Source: an uncultured archaeon (GTDB lineage Archaea > Iainarchaeota > Iainarchaeia > Iainarchaeales > CSSED10-239). From it: a stretch of DNA of 64,000 nt. The position numbers and the translations under genes were made by a program. Of this stretch, positions 46,346 to 57,900 are shown piece by piece (the stretch's first letter is position 1; every line of letters starts with the position of its first letter). The notes under the pieces were generated by a model, which ran no database searches, was not told the DNA's origin, and saw only the letters and a program-made list of their open reading frames with translations. Where the stretch lies: NCBI GenBank assembly GCA_964591795.1, contig CAZQEL010000001.1, positions 12,189-76,188 of the forward strand, read 5' to 3'.

Positions 46346-49267
46346 TTAATTTATTATACATCCATCGTTGTTTTCAATCCATATAGTTTGTGATTCACTT
46401 GATAGATCTCCACCGAATAATGGTTCTGATACTGCAATAGGATTATAATATATTTTTAATGAATTACCAGTGTAATCAATACATGCTTTCTTTTCATTAA
46501 CAAGATTAAAAATCTCACTTACAAACTTAATATCATTTTCTAAAATATTATTAAGTATAACAGAGTTTGATCCACTTGTATTATCTTTTGTAAAAAACAA
46601 TGCTGAATCATCAGCTGAATCTTGATATAATACACTTTTACCATTACCTGTTTTAAAATTACTTGGAGTGTATAAAACTGTTCTTAAATAAACATTTCCA
46701 TGTCTTGTAATATTCTTTGCTTCCCATTCAACACCATAAGACACTGCTTGACTTGGAGTAATTGGTGCAAGTCTTGATGAAAGTGCATGTACATCTGGTC
46801 TTTCAAGATAAGCTTCTTGTACTGATATTCCTGAAAAGTCAAGACAATTACCAATACCTGTCCATGGAACTAAAGTTCCTGAAGTAAGTGCTGGTTCTCC
46901 ACCTTGATTTTGTGGTCCACCAATATCAAGTTTATAGAAACTATAAGCATCATTTGCTTGATTAGATACTTTTAAAGCAACTGGAGTTGCTCTTGATGGT
47001 ATAAAATAAAGTTCTGGATTTGTTTTATTTTCAGATAAATTAATACTAAGTAACATACCTCTTGTTGAACCGTTATTTAAGAAAGAAAATTCATTTGGAA
47101 GACGTCCATATTCCTTTACACTTACAGTATTAATTGTATTTGATTGTGTAAAAGGTTCTGTTCTTAAATATTGACCAGTTGCAGTTTCAACAATTGTTAC
47201 AATATCTCCAGTAAAATCAATACCATAACCTTGTCTTGCGTTATCTGAATCAACACCTACAAGTCCATCAAATGGCATATAATAAAGAGGAGAATCTCTT
47301 TCTGGTGAAATTTCTCTAGATAAAACTATATCTACATTTCCTGTAATATTGCCAGCATCATCAAACAATCTCCATTGATCGTCAAATGTTACATCTAATA
47401 AAACATTATATCTTCCAGGACCTTGTAAAATAAGTCTTCCTGATTCTGAATCCATTGTTGATTTAAAATTAAAATTATTAGATATAAAATATTTATAATA
47501 TTTTTCAATATAATCTGTTGGAGCTGCAGTTATTGTAAATCTATAATATCTATCAAAATCTGATTTAAAATCATCAGAATATCCATCTTTCATTAAATAA
47601 GATCTAAACTCAACTAATGAAGTATCAATCTTTGTGTTCTTTGAATATAAATTTAAATTCCTTGAAATCTTTGGTAAATTACAAACTTCTGAATTTGGAG
47701 TAAATATGTTTTCTAAAATATTATCCAATTCTGAATCTACAATACTATATGGGGTATCCAATATTAAAACTGCAGAAACTTTTAAACTTGTAGTATCATC
47801 TAAAATTATTCCAACATCAAATGATTCATTTCCAACATAAACTTCATTATTAAAATCATTTATATTTAAAGTAATTAATTTTGATTCAACTTGAACATTA
47901 TTTTTATAAACTGTTAAACTTAAATGACCATATGGAGAAGGAGATATATTTTTATCAGCATTATTAAAACCACCTTCTATTCTATAATCAACAGCAATAT
48001 ATCTATCATCATAACTTGAATTTAAAATAGTTAGACCTAAGTTATCTGTTGCAGAAACTAAATTTTGAGTAACACCTGGTGTTGGACAAGTGAAATCTCC
48101 TTTATTTGTTTGAACAAAATCATCTATTTCTTTTAATTTATTTAAAAGTTCAATTGAGAACTGTGTTGAATCACAAAAGATTGATTGTTTATCAGCTTCT
48201 CCTGTTAAATCAGCATCACACCAATTAAGAGTATTTACATACTTATCTGAAATTAATTGTACCTCTTGATTATATCCAAAATCCCAATTAAATGCAATCT
48301 TTGGTAATATTTCTGAACCTGTTTGTCCTAAAAGCATTCCACTTTCAGTAACACAATTAACTTGATCAAGATTAGTATTATCAAGCACATCTCTTGTATA
48401 AGAATTAAATATTAATTTAAATGGTTCAGTTACAATTTCATCTTTTCTATTATCATTTATTATTTTTAAAAAATTATCATTTCCACTTAAAACTCTACTA
48501 ATTTTTATTAATGGAGTACCTGTTGAAAAAGGTGAAGCTAAGAAAGTTAACCAATCTCCACTTAAAAATTTACCATTAAATATATCGTTTGGAGTTAAAC
48601 TATAACTAATATCATTTATATATGTTGATTTAGGATATTTAACAACAAAATTTCTATATTCGTATTCGTTTTCAATAGTTTTTGCAGGATCTTCAAATAA
48701 TATTTCTCTTTTTTGAATATCTAAAACATCATTATTTGAATCTAAAACTTGTGTTAATTTTGTTTTGTCAGCAAGTCTAAATGTTGGTGAATTGCTACCA
48801 TTATCTATTTCTATTAAATTTTTAACTTTTATAAACTGTGCATCAAGAACATTTTTATCTGTTAATAAAATATTTTCATATGGTAAATAATCGGGTATAT
48901 CCTTTGCATCCAATTTATTAACATATACAAAATCTTCAACATGTTCAATTGTATAATCTTTAATGTCATTTGAAATATTTACTTTATCTCTATCAAGCGC
49001 AAAATTAATTTCAACTTTTGATAATGAACTAAAAGTTTTAAATGCTGAAAAAGCACCTACTAAAATTCCATGAACAACAGGACTTAATCCAAATACTTTG
49101 GTTAAAAGACCACCTCCAGAACTAAATAGTGAATCTACTAATCCCTTTCCAACAGCTTCTGTAGCATCATCATTGCCGGGTGCAGCTACAGGCACGCTAA
49201 TAAAAGAAAGCATTAGAGTTATCATTAATATTATTCCTAGGAATTTAGTTTTATTTTCATATTTCAT
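46346..49267 (-). CDS. Secreted protein (973 aa) made up essentially of the family C-terminal module alone.
   Basis: Signal peptide, then a region colinear with the C-terminal ~950 aa of the 38815-46332 product (AFNWDFGYNQ...IFCDSTQFSIELL, YYMPFDGLVGVDSDNARQGYGIDFTGD, WTGIGNCLDFSG, ...ACIDYTGNSLKIYYNP). Confidence 0.75.
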   Translation of the reverse strand: MKYENKTKFLGIILMITLMLSFISVPVAAPGNDDATEAVGKGLVDSLFSSGGGLLTKVFGLSPVVHGILVGAFSAFKTFSSLSKVEINFALDRDKVNISNDIKDYTIEHVEDFVYVNKLDAKDIPDYLPYENILLTDKNVLDAQFIKVKNLIEIDNGSNSPTFRLADKTKLTQVLDSNNDVLDIQKREILFEDPAKTIENEYEYRNFVVKYPKSTYINDISYSLTPNDIFNGKFLSGDWLTFLASPFSTGTPLIKISRVLSGNDNFLKIINDNRKDEIVTEPFKLIFNSYTRDVLDNTNLDQVNCVTESGMLLGQTGSEILPKIAFNWDFGYNQEVQLISDKYVNTLNWCDADLTGEADKQSIFCDSTQFSIELLNKLKEIDDFVQTNKGDFTCPTPGVTQNLVSATDNLGLTILNSSYDDRYIAVDYRIEGGFNNADKNISPSPYGHLSLTVYKNNVQVESKLITLNINDFNNEVYVGNESFDVGIILDDTTSLKVSAVLILDTPYSIVDSELDNILENIFTPNSEVCNLPKISRNLNLYSKNTKIDTSLVEFRSYLMKDGYSDDFKSDFDRYYRFTITAAPTDYIEKYYKYFISNNFNFKSTMDSESGRLILQGPGRYNVLLDVTFDDQWRLFDDAGNITGNVDIVLSREISPERDSPLYYMPFDGLVGVDSDNARQGYGIDFTGDIVTIVETATGQYLRTEPFTQSNTINTVSVKEYGRLPNEFSFLNNGSTRGMLLSINLSENKTNPELYFIPSRATPVALKVSNQANDAYSFYKLDIGGPQNQGGEPALTSGTLVPWTGIGNCLDFSGISVQEAYLERPDVHALSSRLAPITPSQAVSYGVEWEAKNITRHGNVYLRTVLYTPSNFKTGNGKSVLYQDSADDSALFFTKDNTSGSNSVILNNILENDIKFVSEIFNLVNEKKACIDYTGNSLKIYYNPIAVSEPLFGGDLSSESQTIWIENNDGCIIN

Positions 49268-49314
49268 ATATTTTACACCTTTAATTTCATAAAAGTTTTT
49301 TTTAATAAATTTAA

Positions 49315-52300
49315 TTATTTATATGAACAACATGGTTCATAAACCCCATGACTTGTATTTGAACATGCATTAAAAGTTGCAAACACTTTTCCAGTTTCAA
49401 TTTGACAACCTCTTGCTCTATCAGTTCCATCACATCTATAGACATATTTATCTCCATTTGGTTTAATACTAAATGAAGCATCACAAGTCTCACTTGTGTT
49501 ATCCAGAACTTCTAATAAATTTAAAGCAACAGCAGCTTCATTTTTATAAACGTCTAAATTATCTTGTAATTTAGATGATGTATTAAATTTTGTTGCAGCA
49601 TTGTTATATGCCCCCATAGCACTATTCCAAGAATTTTCAGTATATTCTGACGCACTATAATTAGTGCCTGAAAAAGACATACTTTCTGCGCTTGCAAGAA
49701 CTATTTCAACAGCATCAAAAGTCTGAGCAGCAGGGGATTTACTCACAAGTTTTGCAATCAAACTATTTAATTCAGTATTCTCTGCAACAGTAATACTTTC
49801 TTTATCTTTTAAAGAATTTGCCTTAGTAGCAAATGCAATCCAATTATTATCTGCTTCATAACTAGCAGCTAAATAACTAGTTCCATTAACACTATACCCA
49901 TCAGTAACAACATCTACTGTATATGTACTTGAATTATTTGGTGTTACTGGATCAGTTGAAGGATAATCTGATTTAAATTTATCAAAAGCTGATTTTAATG
50001 AATCATAAGCAGAATCTCTTACTGCAATATCAGTACCTGCTAAAGCGTCTTTTAGTTTTTGATTTAATTCATTTAAATCTATCCAATCTTTATATTCTGA
50101 AGAAGTAGAATTTGTAAAAACTAATTCACCATTCTTTCTTATAGTAGTAGGGCTAGTATAAGTTTCAACAAATGTATCAACTTTTTTTACTAACGCCTTT
50201 TCATCAATATTTTGAGGATTTGATGTTACTGAATTAACTCCAGAAGCATCACTATTTTTAAGTGCAGTTTCAAGTGCTACACTAGCTTCTTTAATTTCCC
50301 CCTTATCTCCAGTTGCAATTGCAGTTTTTAAAAAAGCTGCAGCAGCAATAACTTTTGAATCTGTACTTTTTTCTACACTATCAAGTAAACTTTGAGCCTT
50401 ATCTTTACTTGATGAAAACAACTTACCTTGCAAAAGAGCAGATAAAGTTCCAGATAATAATCCGTCTCTTAAAAAAGAAACAAAAGCCATTTGCCACTTA
50501 GCATTATCAGCAACTTTGAATGTTCCGTTAACTTCTGTACCATAACATAAATTGATTATGTTTGTAGTATCATAGGCAGCAGCATTCATCATAAGGCCTG
50601 TATTTTCAGAATAATCTGATCTATATAAATCAAACTCATATCTTTCAAGATCAATACAATAATCTTGAGGTCTTACATAAACTTTTATTTTTTTAATTAA
50701 ATTTTCTGTTTGTCTAGAGTCAGTCATACCACTGTATACATTTAAGATATATGCACCAGGTGTAGCACCCATAGATTTCACAGTAACATTTTCACTTGTG
50801 CCTGATGCAGGAACTGTAATTTCGTTTCTAGGAGTTACAATTAAACCCTTACAATCATCACATGAAAGTCTATAGGTTATATCAGTAGGACATGCTTTAT
50901 TTTCAATAGTAAATTCATCAGCAATTTGTCCAACATTTAAAGTGTTCTTTGAAAATACAGCACAATCTCTAAGATTTGTAACATCAATTTCAAATGCAAC
51001 TTCAGTTAATAATTCTTGGTTTCCTGTTCCAGTACTGTTTAAAGATCTAAATTGAATTGTTCCTTTTACAGTTCCTTTCATTCTACCAATTGGTTCGTAT
51101 TTTAAAATAACAGGATAACTTCTATCTCTGTCAAAAGTATCTAAAAGATTTCTATAGTTACCATGTGTAAGTTCTACAAATCTATTATCTATACTAACTA
51201 CAAATTTACCTTGAGGATTAGATTCAAACAGAACTCTTGCTTCAAGACCACCTGATAAAGGCATATTCTTTCCGTTAATTGTACAAGTGTTATTAATCAT
51301 AAATGTAGTTTCAACTGGTTTATCTAAAGATACTTCTTTCCAGAAAGTATTAGATACTGCAAGACAATTTGCATTATCAAGCATTCCATCAAATCCAATA
51401 TTAATTGTTATTGGTATTTCAGTAACCCATTTATTATCTCCACTTGCAAGAACAATACTAAGTCTTGATGATAAGTTTTGAACTTCACTAATTGTTTCTG
51501 CTCTAGGATTTAAACTTATTTTTAATGGTATTTGTTTTGAAGAATCTGTGTTATCAGGAAAATCTGAAAGTGTATCAAATCCTTTCACAACAGTTCCCAC
51601 ACTATTTAATAAATCATTATTTATGCTTAAAACATCTACAACAGTTAAATTTTTACCTTTTATTTCTAAACTTTCAATTGTTAAGTCAATTGGTGAAATA
51701 TTACTTATTGTAAAGTTTTCTGTTTTTTGTTTTTCATTAAATATATTTAATGAATATGCTAATTTTTTAGGTGTTATTTTAAATAATTTATCTGTTGCTT
51801 TCATATCTGTAATACTTGTTTCGTATTCAGGAGAAGTAACATAAACATATATAACATCATTTGGGCCTTGTGCAGGGATTTGACTAACTGTAATTTCTCC
51901 TGTTACAGGTATTGGTAATGGACCTTTAATAATGTCTTTAAATTTATCTTTAATAGTTACAGTAGCATCTCTTACTGGAAGTAAAGTTGATGCATCTTTT
52001 TCTTTAATCAATAAATTAAAATTTTTACCTGATGGAATTATTTGTGGATCAACTGTAACTTTGAATGTTTTATCAGAAGACACATCAATAAATAATTGAT
52101 TTACAAATTTAATTTTTTGATCAGAAATAAACTTAATTGAAAGATTTCTAGTACCTTTAAGTTTAGGCATAAATGTTATTTCACCAGTAACTTTTTGTCT
52201 TTGTAAAAGTTGAGTTATACCAATATCAAACTCATAGGCAATTGGATTACTTTCCTCATATACTCCACCATTAGGTAGTATTATTTTTATGTTTTTAAAA

Positions 52301-54903
52301 TCAAGTCCTTCATCTATATTTTCTAATATAAATCTTGAAGATAAATATCTTGATTCTGGTGAATTATTTGTTAATGTAAAAGTATATTTATATTTTTTAT
52401 TTGGTTTTGCTCCAAAACCATCTGTTACTTCATATCTTAAATCATCTAAAGTGTCAACTATATTTGAAGAAAAACAAAAATCTGTTGAACAAATAAGTTC
52501 GTCACCAACACCATAGGTCATACTTTCATAAACATCATAGTATTCTACATTTTCATTAGGACCTAAATACTCACTGTATGTTTCATAATCATCATTATTA
52601 TTAAAACCATAACCTAATGCAAATATTTTAATTTCCTCACCAAATGCAGCAATATCTTTAACATTTATTGTTGCTGCAATTTCATATGAGTTATAGAAAC
52701 CTAATATTCCAGAATAATCTATAGGTCCTTTTTTTAAAGTTGCTTGAACCCATTTAGAATTACCTTCAGTTGAACTATCATCATCACTAAAACCTTCACT
52801 TTCATGAGGAGCATTTAAATTAAATTGTGTATATTTTAAAACACTATCAATATATGGTACATCAATATTTTTAATGAAAATATTATCATTTTCAATCATT
52901 GAACTTGTACCTGTTCTTAACATAAAACCAATTTCATCAAAACTATCGTCACCAGTTCTATTTTGTGGAACTAAAAAATTGTATCTAACTTCATAGTCAG
53001 TACCTGCTGTAAGATTATCTTTAACTTCTTGCCCTTCTTTATATATTCCTACAAAAACCATTCTTGGTTTTGTGTTAGAACTATTTTGACTAAATAAAGT
53101 TACATTTAATTCTGCATTGTTAGTTGCAGTTACTCTTATAAATCTTGATTGAGTTTTACCATAATCTCCTTCTATTCCAGGAGAAGCCACAACATAATAA
53201 TCGTTATCAGCATCAAGGAAAAATTCCATAGTTCCTTGTGAGTTTGTAAGTTCGCTTTTTATTGGTATTGCTGGCATAAAATTATAATAACTAAATCTAT
53301 CATATACATCTACTCTTGCATATGGTACTGGGTTATCATCTTTATCAACAACAGTTACCTTAAGAGAACTTTCATTTATTCCCATTGGAATATTTATAAC
53401 ACCTGTATTATTAGGGTATTTAACATTAAATTCAAATTCTGCAGATTCTCCAACAGTACTTCCTTTAACAGCTTTTGCTATATATTTACCTGATGAAATA
53501 TCAATTACAACATTACCATCATAATTAGCTAATGCTGGTTTATAGTCAGTTAAAAATCCAGTTTCTGCATCATATAAAACAACTTTTGCAAATTTAAAAC
53601 CTTTACCATCCCAAGTTATAACTCTTACATTTAAAGGTTGTAAAGTAGCTGGTGTTATTAAAGTTAATGGAATAACAATAGGATTTGATGGAATTGTACT
53701 ACTTGCAAACACAAGTTTTCTTTGGATTAAATAACCCTCAGCATCAACAACTACGTTATAATCTCTAATTTCAGGAACTGTAAAAAGCACATATCCATTA
53801 ACATCTGAATATTTAGTTTCAATAACATTATTTATTTCAGATTTTAAACTTACTTCAGCATTTGAAATTGAAACATTTGAACCAATTATTCTAACTGAAA
53901 TATATCCTTTAACATCTGAATTTAAAACTATATTTTTAGTTGAACTTTCTGATAAATAATATGTTTGAGATTGAGATGAATAAATTGGAATTATTCTAAC
54001 ATCTGAAAAGTTTGCTATATACTCACCAGAAGCTAAATTTTCAATAGTACAATTTCCTGTACTTGATGTTGTACATGTATCAATTGTACCAAAATTATTT
54101 GTTAAATTAATTTTAATATTTGATAGGGTTGCACCTAAACTATTAGCTACATTAAAAACTAATTTTAAGTCATCAGTGTCTCCAAAATTAATTTCTTGAG
54201 GATCAAGAATAATTGTTGAAGTATTATCATTTATTGCAAAGTTATATTTAGATAAATAACCATCAAAAGTTATTGAATCAATTGTAAGTGTACATTCAGG
54301 AGATGCATCCACTACAATTAAACCATTTGAAAATGATTTAGGACTAGGTGCAATTACACTATTTAAACATTTAAAAGAAACTGAACCTGATTTATTAACT
54401 ACTTGATTTGTTTGTGAATCAATAGCACTAAAAGAATAGCTAACTGTTTCTGGAGTTAATCTTATTGGTTCTAAAGCAAGAGTTACGGTTTCATCATTAT
54501 CTTCAGAAAAGAAAAATTCGTTAAATGTATCATAACCATCTTCTGCAATATCTATCTGATAAGATGAATTTTTTAGGACTCTAAACTCATCAGTTAAACC
54601 ATCAGCATTAGTGTTTATGCTTGTCATGTCATTTGTTGTAGTAACAACTAACGACAGATTTTCTAAAAAGGTACCACTTTCTGCATCAATTACCTTAAAT
54701 TGAATACTTACAGAATCACCAGCTCCTCCATTAGGGACAATTAGTAAGATTAATCCTGCAATTAAAATAACCATCAAAAGAATACACAAAACAAAAGAAG
54801 GCATAACCTTATCTATTTTATCAGTAACTTTATATATTCCGGTTTTTTCTACAAAATCATAGTATTTATCTTCTAAATAATAGTAAAATTTTTTTAGTCC
54901 CAT
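49315..54903 (-). CDS. Giant membrane-anchored surface protein (1862 aa). It has the conserved MGL...FYY leader, a TM segment and beta-sandwich repeats. It has a distinct Cys-rich C-terminus and lacks the family C-terminal module.
   Basis: N-terminus MGLKKFYYYLEDKYYDFVEKTGIYKVTDKIDKVMPSFVLCILLMVILIAGLILLIV. Repeats IAEDGYDTFNEFFF, VDAEGYLIQRKLVF. The C-terminus ...CDASFSIKPNGDKYVYRCDGTDRARGCQIETGKVFATFNACSNTSHGVYEPCCSYK is Cys-rich. Confidence 0.8.
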   Translation of the reverse strand: MGLKKFYYYLEDKYYDFVEKTGIYKVTDKIDKVMPSFVLCILLMVILIAGLILLIVPNGGAGDSVSIQFKVIDAESGTFLENLSLVVTTTNDMTSINTNADGLTDEFRVLKNSSYQIDIAEDGYDTFNEFFFSEDNDETVTLALEPIRLTPETVSYSFSAIDSQTNQVVNKSGSVSFKCLNSVIAPSPKSFSNGLIVVDASPECTLTIDSITFDGYLSKYNFAINDNTSTIILDPQEINFGDTDDLKLVFNVANSLGATLSNIKINLTNNFGTIDTCTTSSTGNCTIENLASGEYIANFSDVRIIPIYSSQSQTYYLSESSTKNIVLNSDVKGYISVRIIGSNVSISNAEVSLKSEINNVIETKYSDVNGYVLFTVPEIRDYNVVVDAEGYLIQRKLVFASSTIPSNPIVIPLTLITPATLQPLNVRVITWDGKGFKFAKVVLYDAETGFLTDYKPALANYDGNVVIDISSGKYIAKAVKGSTVGESAEFEFNVKYPNNTGVINIPMGINESSLKVTVVDKDDNPVPYARVDVYDRFSYYNFMPAIPIKSELTNSQGTMEFFLDADNDYYVVASPGIEGDYGKTQSRFIRVTATNNAELNVTLFSQNSSNTKPRMVFVGIYKEGQEVKDNLTAGTDYEVRYNFLVPQNRTGDDSFDEIGFMLRTGTSSMIENDNIFIKNIDVPYIDSVLKYTQFNLNAPHESEGFSDDDSSTEGNSKWVQATLKKGPIDYSGILGFYNSYEIAATINVKDIAAFGEEIKIFALGYGFNNNDDYETYSEYLGPNENVEYYDVYESMTYGVGDELICSTDFCFSSNIVDTLDDLRYEVTDGFGAKPNKKYKYTFTLTNNSPESRYLSSRFILENIDEGLDFKNIKIILPNGGVYEESNPIAYEFDIGITQLLQRQKVTGEITFMPKLKGTRNLSIKFISDQKIKFVNQLFIDVSSDKTFKVTVDPQIIPSGKNFNLLIKEKDASTLLPVRDATVTIKDKFKDIIKGPLPIPVTGEITVSQIPAQGPNDVIYVYVTSPEYETSITDMKATDKLFKITPKKLAYSLNIFNEKQKTENFTISNISPIDLTIESLEIKGKNLTVVDVLSINNDLLNSVGTVVKGFDTLSDFPDNTDSSKQIPLKISLNPRAETISEVQNLSSRLSIVLASGDNKWVTEIPITINIGFDGMLDNANCLAVSNTFWKEVSLDKPVETTFMINNTCTINGKNMPLSGGLEARVLFESNPQGKFVVSIDNRFVELTHGNYRNLLDTFDRDRSYPVILKYEPIGRMKGTVKGTIQFRSLNSTGTGNQELLTEVAFEIDVTNLRDCAVFSKNTLNVGQIADEFTIENKACPTDITYRLSCDDCKGLIVTPRNEITVPASGTSENVTVKSMGATPGAYILNVYSGMTDSRQTENLIKKIKVYVRPQDYCIDLERYEFDLYRSDYSENTGLMMNAAAYDTTNIINLCYGTEVNGTFKVADNAKWQMAFVSFLRDGLLSGTLSALLQGKLFSSSKDKAQSLLDSVEKSTDSKVIAAAAFLKTAIATGDKGEIKEASVALETALKNSDASGVNSVTSNPQNIDEKALVKKVDTFVETYTSPTTIRKNGELVFTNSTSSEYKDWIDLNELNQKLKDALAGTDIAVRDSAYDSLKSAFDKFKSDYPSTDPVTPNNSSTYTVDVVTDGYSVNGTSYLAASYEADNNWIAFATKANSLKDKESITVAENTELNSLIAKLVSKSPAAQTFDAVEIVLASAESMSFSGTNYSASEYTENSWNSAMGAYNNAATKFNTSSKLQDNLDVYKNEAAVALNLLEVLDNTSETCDASFSIKPNGDKYVYRCDGTDRARGCQIETGKVFATFNACSNTSHGVYEPCCSYK

Positions 54904-54943
54904 ATTTTTTAACCTCGTAAACTCTTTAAATATTATTATTCAT

Positions 54944-57900
54944 TTAATTATTTTTAAAGTTATCTGGATTATGCCATAATTTTATTTCTGAAGAATCTGA
55001 CATAAAACATACGTTATTATTTTTAATTTCATTAAATACTTGTGTCATATTATTATATGTTAATCTTGGAGACACATTATTCATATTTAAATTATATATT
55101 GTAAATTGATTATCATTATTTGTTGTTGCTGCGAAAACCTTTGTATATTGTGTAAACTTAGGATTTGCATATATTGTTACTTTTTGATTTGTGTTATCAG
55201 AAAGTAAGAATAATTTTGATGCAACATCTAAAGATGCAATCTCAGTATTATTTTCAGATACTTCTATAAGTTTTAAAGCATAGTTCTTACTAAAGTAAAA
55301 TGGTCTTGAATTTGTAAAATTATAATTTACCATATCCTTTAATGTAAATATATAACCTTCTTGTAAACTTGACCAGTTATCAGTAGTATAAGTTGTTTTA
55401 ATATACTCTGGTAAATATGGAGCTCTTAACACATTTAAAGATTTTTGATAATCTGGATTAATTGGCATATAGAATAAAATATTTTGTTTATAATCGTCAG
55501 AAATTCCATTTACTAAATCACCAATAGTTATTGATACATTATTATCATTTATATTTAAAAGCTTTACTATATAAGTACCAGGAACTAAAATATTTTTATC
55601 TTCTGTATACTCAAAATCATATTTTTTATATATATTATTATTATATTTAATTAATATTTTATTATTATATTCTTCTTTAGTTTGTGAAAACTTCTTAAGA
55701 TTAGAAGTAAACACTTGTGGTGATGCACCAAAGTAAACTTCCATATCTGAGTATAATGCAACTTTGTCTTCACTTGTTAAGCCTAAGTCATTATAATTAT
55801 CTAAGAAATATTTAACTGTAGTATAATTATAACCTCCAAGTGAAATTATATTACTACCATTTACGGTTAATTTATGTGTTTTAATTATTGTAATTTCTTT
55901 TAGTTCATCAGGAATATTATTTAATAATGATTCTGCAGAAGTAACATATGCATTTATAGAATTGTCACCTTTTGAGAATGCATCACAAACACCATCACAT
56001 AAATTAACTTTGATTGGGTTTACTTTAATTGTATTATTTGCAATTTCAAAATAAATATCTCCAAGTTTAACAAAGTTAGTTGTGTTACTTAAATCATCTA
56101 AACCATTTGCTTTAAATTTAAGATAATCATAGAATTGTTCTTGATCACAATAATACTCATTACAAGTGTTTCCAGTTATGTTTGAATATTCAAATAAGAT
56201 TTTATCAAATCCATATTTTTCATAAGCTTTAGTACCTGTAAATCCATCTTGGTTTTCTGAAAGATCAGGAGCATTACATAAAATTAAATCTTGTGTATCT
56301 AGATCATCTGAATCTGCATTTGGATCAGAAGGTTCAATAAAACTAAGTTCATTAGTTGCAACTTTAGTATCAACACCAATGAAAGTATGCCCTTGTAAAT
56401 AAGTTTTACTACTTTCTTCATTTATTGCCCATAATTCAAATTTTTCTTTGAAAAGATCATAAATTGGTAATTTTGAATTTATAACAAAATCATTTTCAAA
56501 TGCTTCAACTGGTCTTGTAAAACATAACTTGAATACATTTTTATTTCTAGTAACAAATTCAATACTTACTTTTAATGGATCATAGGTATCAGGTAAATAG
56601 AACAAACCAATATCTTTAATATGTGAAGTTTCTTTAATCCCAGTTATAGGGAAGTCCTTAACATAACCAAAGAAACATCTAGTTACTTCTGGTTCTTGAT
56701 CTATTTGTTTAAATTTATTAAAAGCTAATTCTGCTTCTGGAACTTGTATGAATACAGCATTTCTTGCAGAATCTATTTTATAAGTTAATTTTACTGAAGT
56801 ATCAACAAACTCTAATTCTTCATCAGTCATATCCTGATCGCCAGTGAATTCATTTAAAATATCCCAGTTATCTTTATTATCTAAAATTAACCACTGAAAA
56901 TTATCTGTAAGTTGCATACCAATATTATTATAAATTATTGATGATTGACCCTGTGGTGATTGAAGACCAACACTAAGTATAAACTTTAAATTAACTGTAT
57001 CTTCAACATCAATTAACATTCTTCTAAATGTTGAAACTAAACCAGCTGCAACTGAGTTTGTTTTATATTTATTTAAGTATTCTTTTGCAGAGATTGTTTT
57101 TGAAATTTCAGGATTTCTTCTTAATGCAATTTCCCAAACTTCAATTGGATCATTAGTTTTTAAATCTGTTAAATAATCAACCTTTATAGGTTGAATTCTA
57201 CCTTGCATTTCTCCTACATTTAAGAAAGAAACACCATCAAAATTTAAATCCATTAAATCAAGATAATTAACTTCAACAAGTCTGTATCCTTCAGAAAAGC
57301 ATGAGTTCATAACTTTTACAATTTGGTATTTAGGATCTACTATATTAGAAAAATCTAATTTTTGTGGAGTTACCTGTATACATTTTGAAGGCATAAAACT
57401 TATTGGCAATGTTACACTAACTGGAATTTTTCCAACTAATGAATAAGCAGTACTTGATGAAACTGATGGTTTTACTGAAACAGGAATATTAAAACTACCC
57501 ATTTCTTCTCCACCCATTAAAAGAACTTCTTCTGAATCTCCTGGATTTAAAGAAAATTCAGCGTCACTTGTGATTGTAATTCCATAGTTAGGATCTAATT
57601 TTAAATCAACTGCTTCTAAACAATTATTTTTAATATATGTAGGTCTTACAGGACAATTCATATTATTTGTATTACCTTGTGCACCATAATTTCCTTGAGG
57701 ATAACCAGATGAAAAATTATAATTATTATTATAACCAGACATATTTTGAGCTTGACCAGTAGGATAATTATAGGGATTAACACTTGATGCTTGAGTACCA
57801 GTATAACCTGTTTGACCAACTAAATTATATTGAGGATAATTATATCCTTGTTGTTGAGTATAATACCCAGAACCCTGTTGATATTGATTATTTCTATTAT

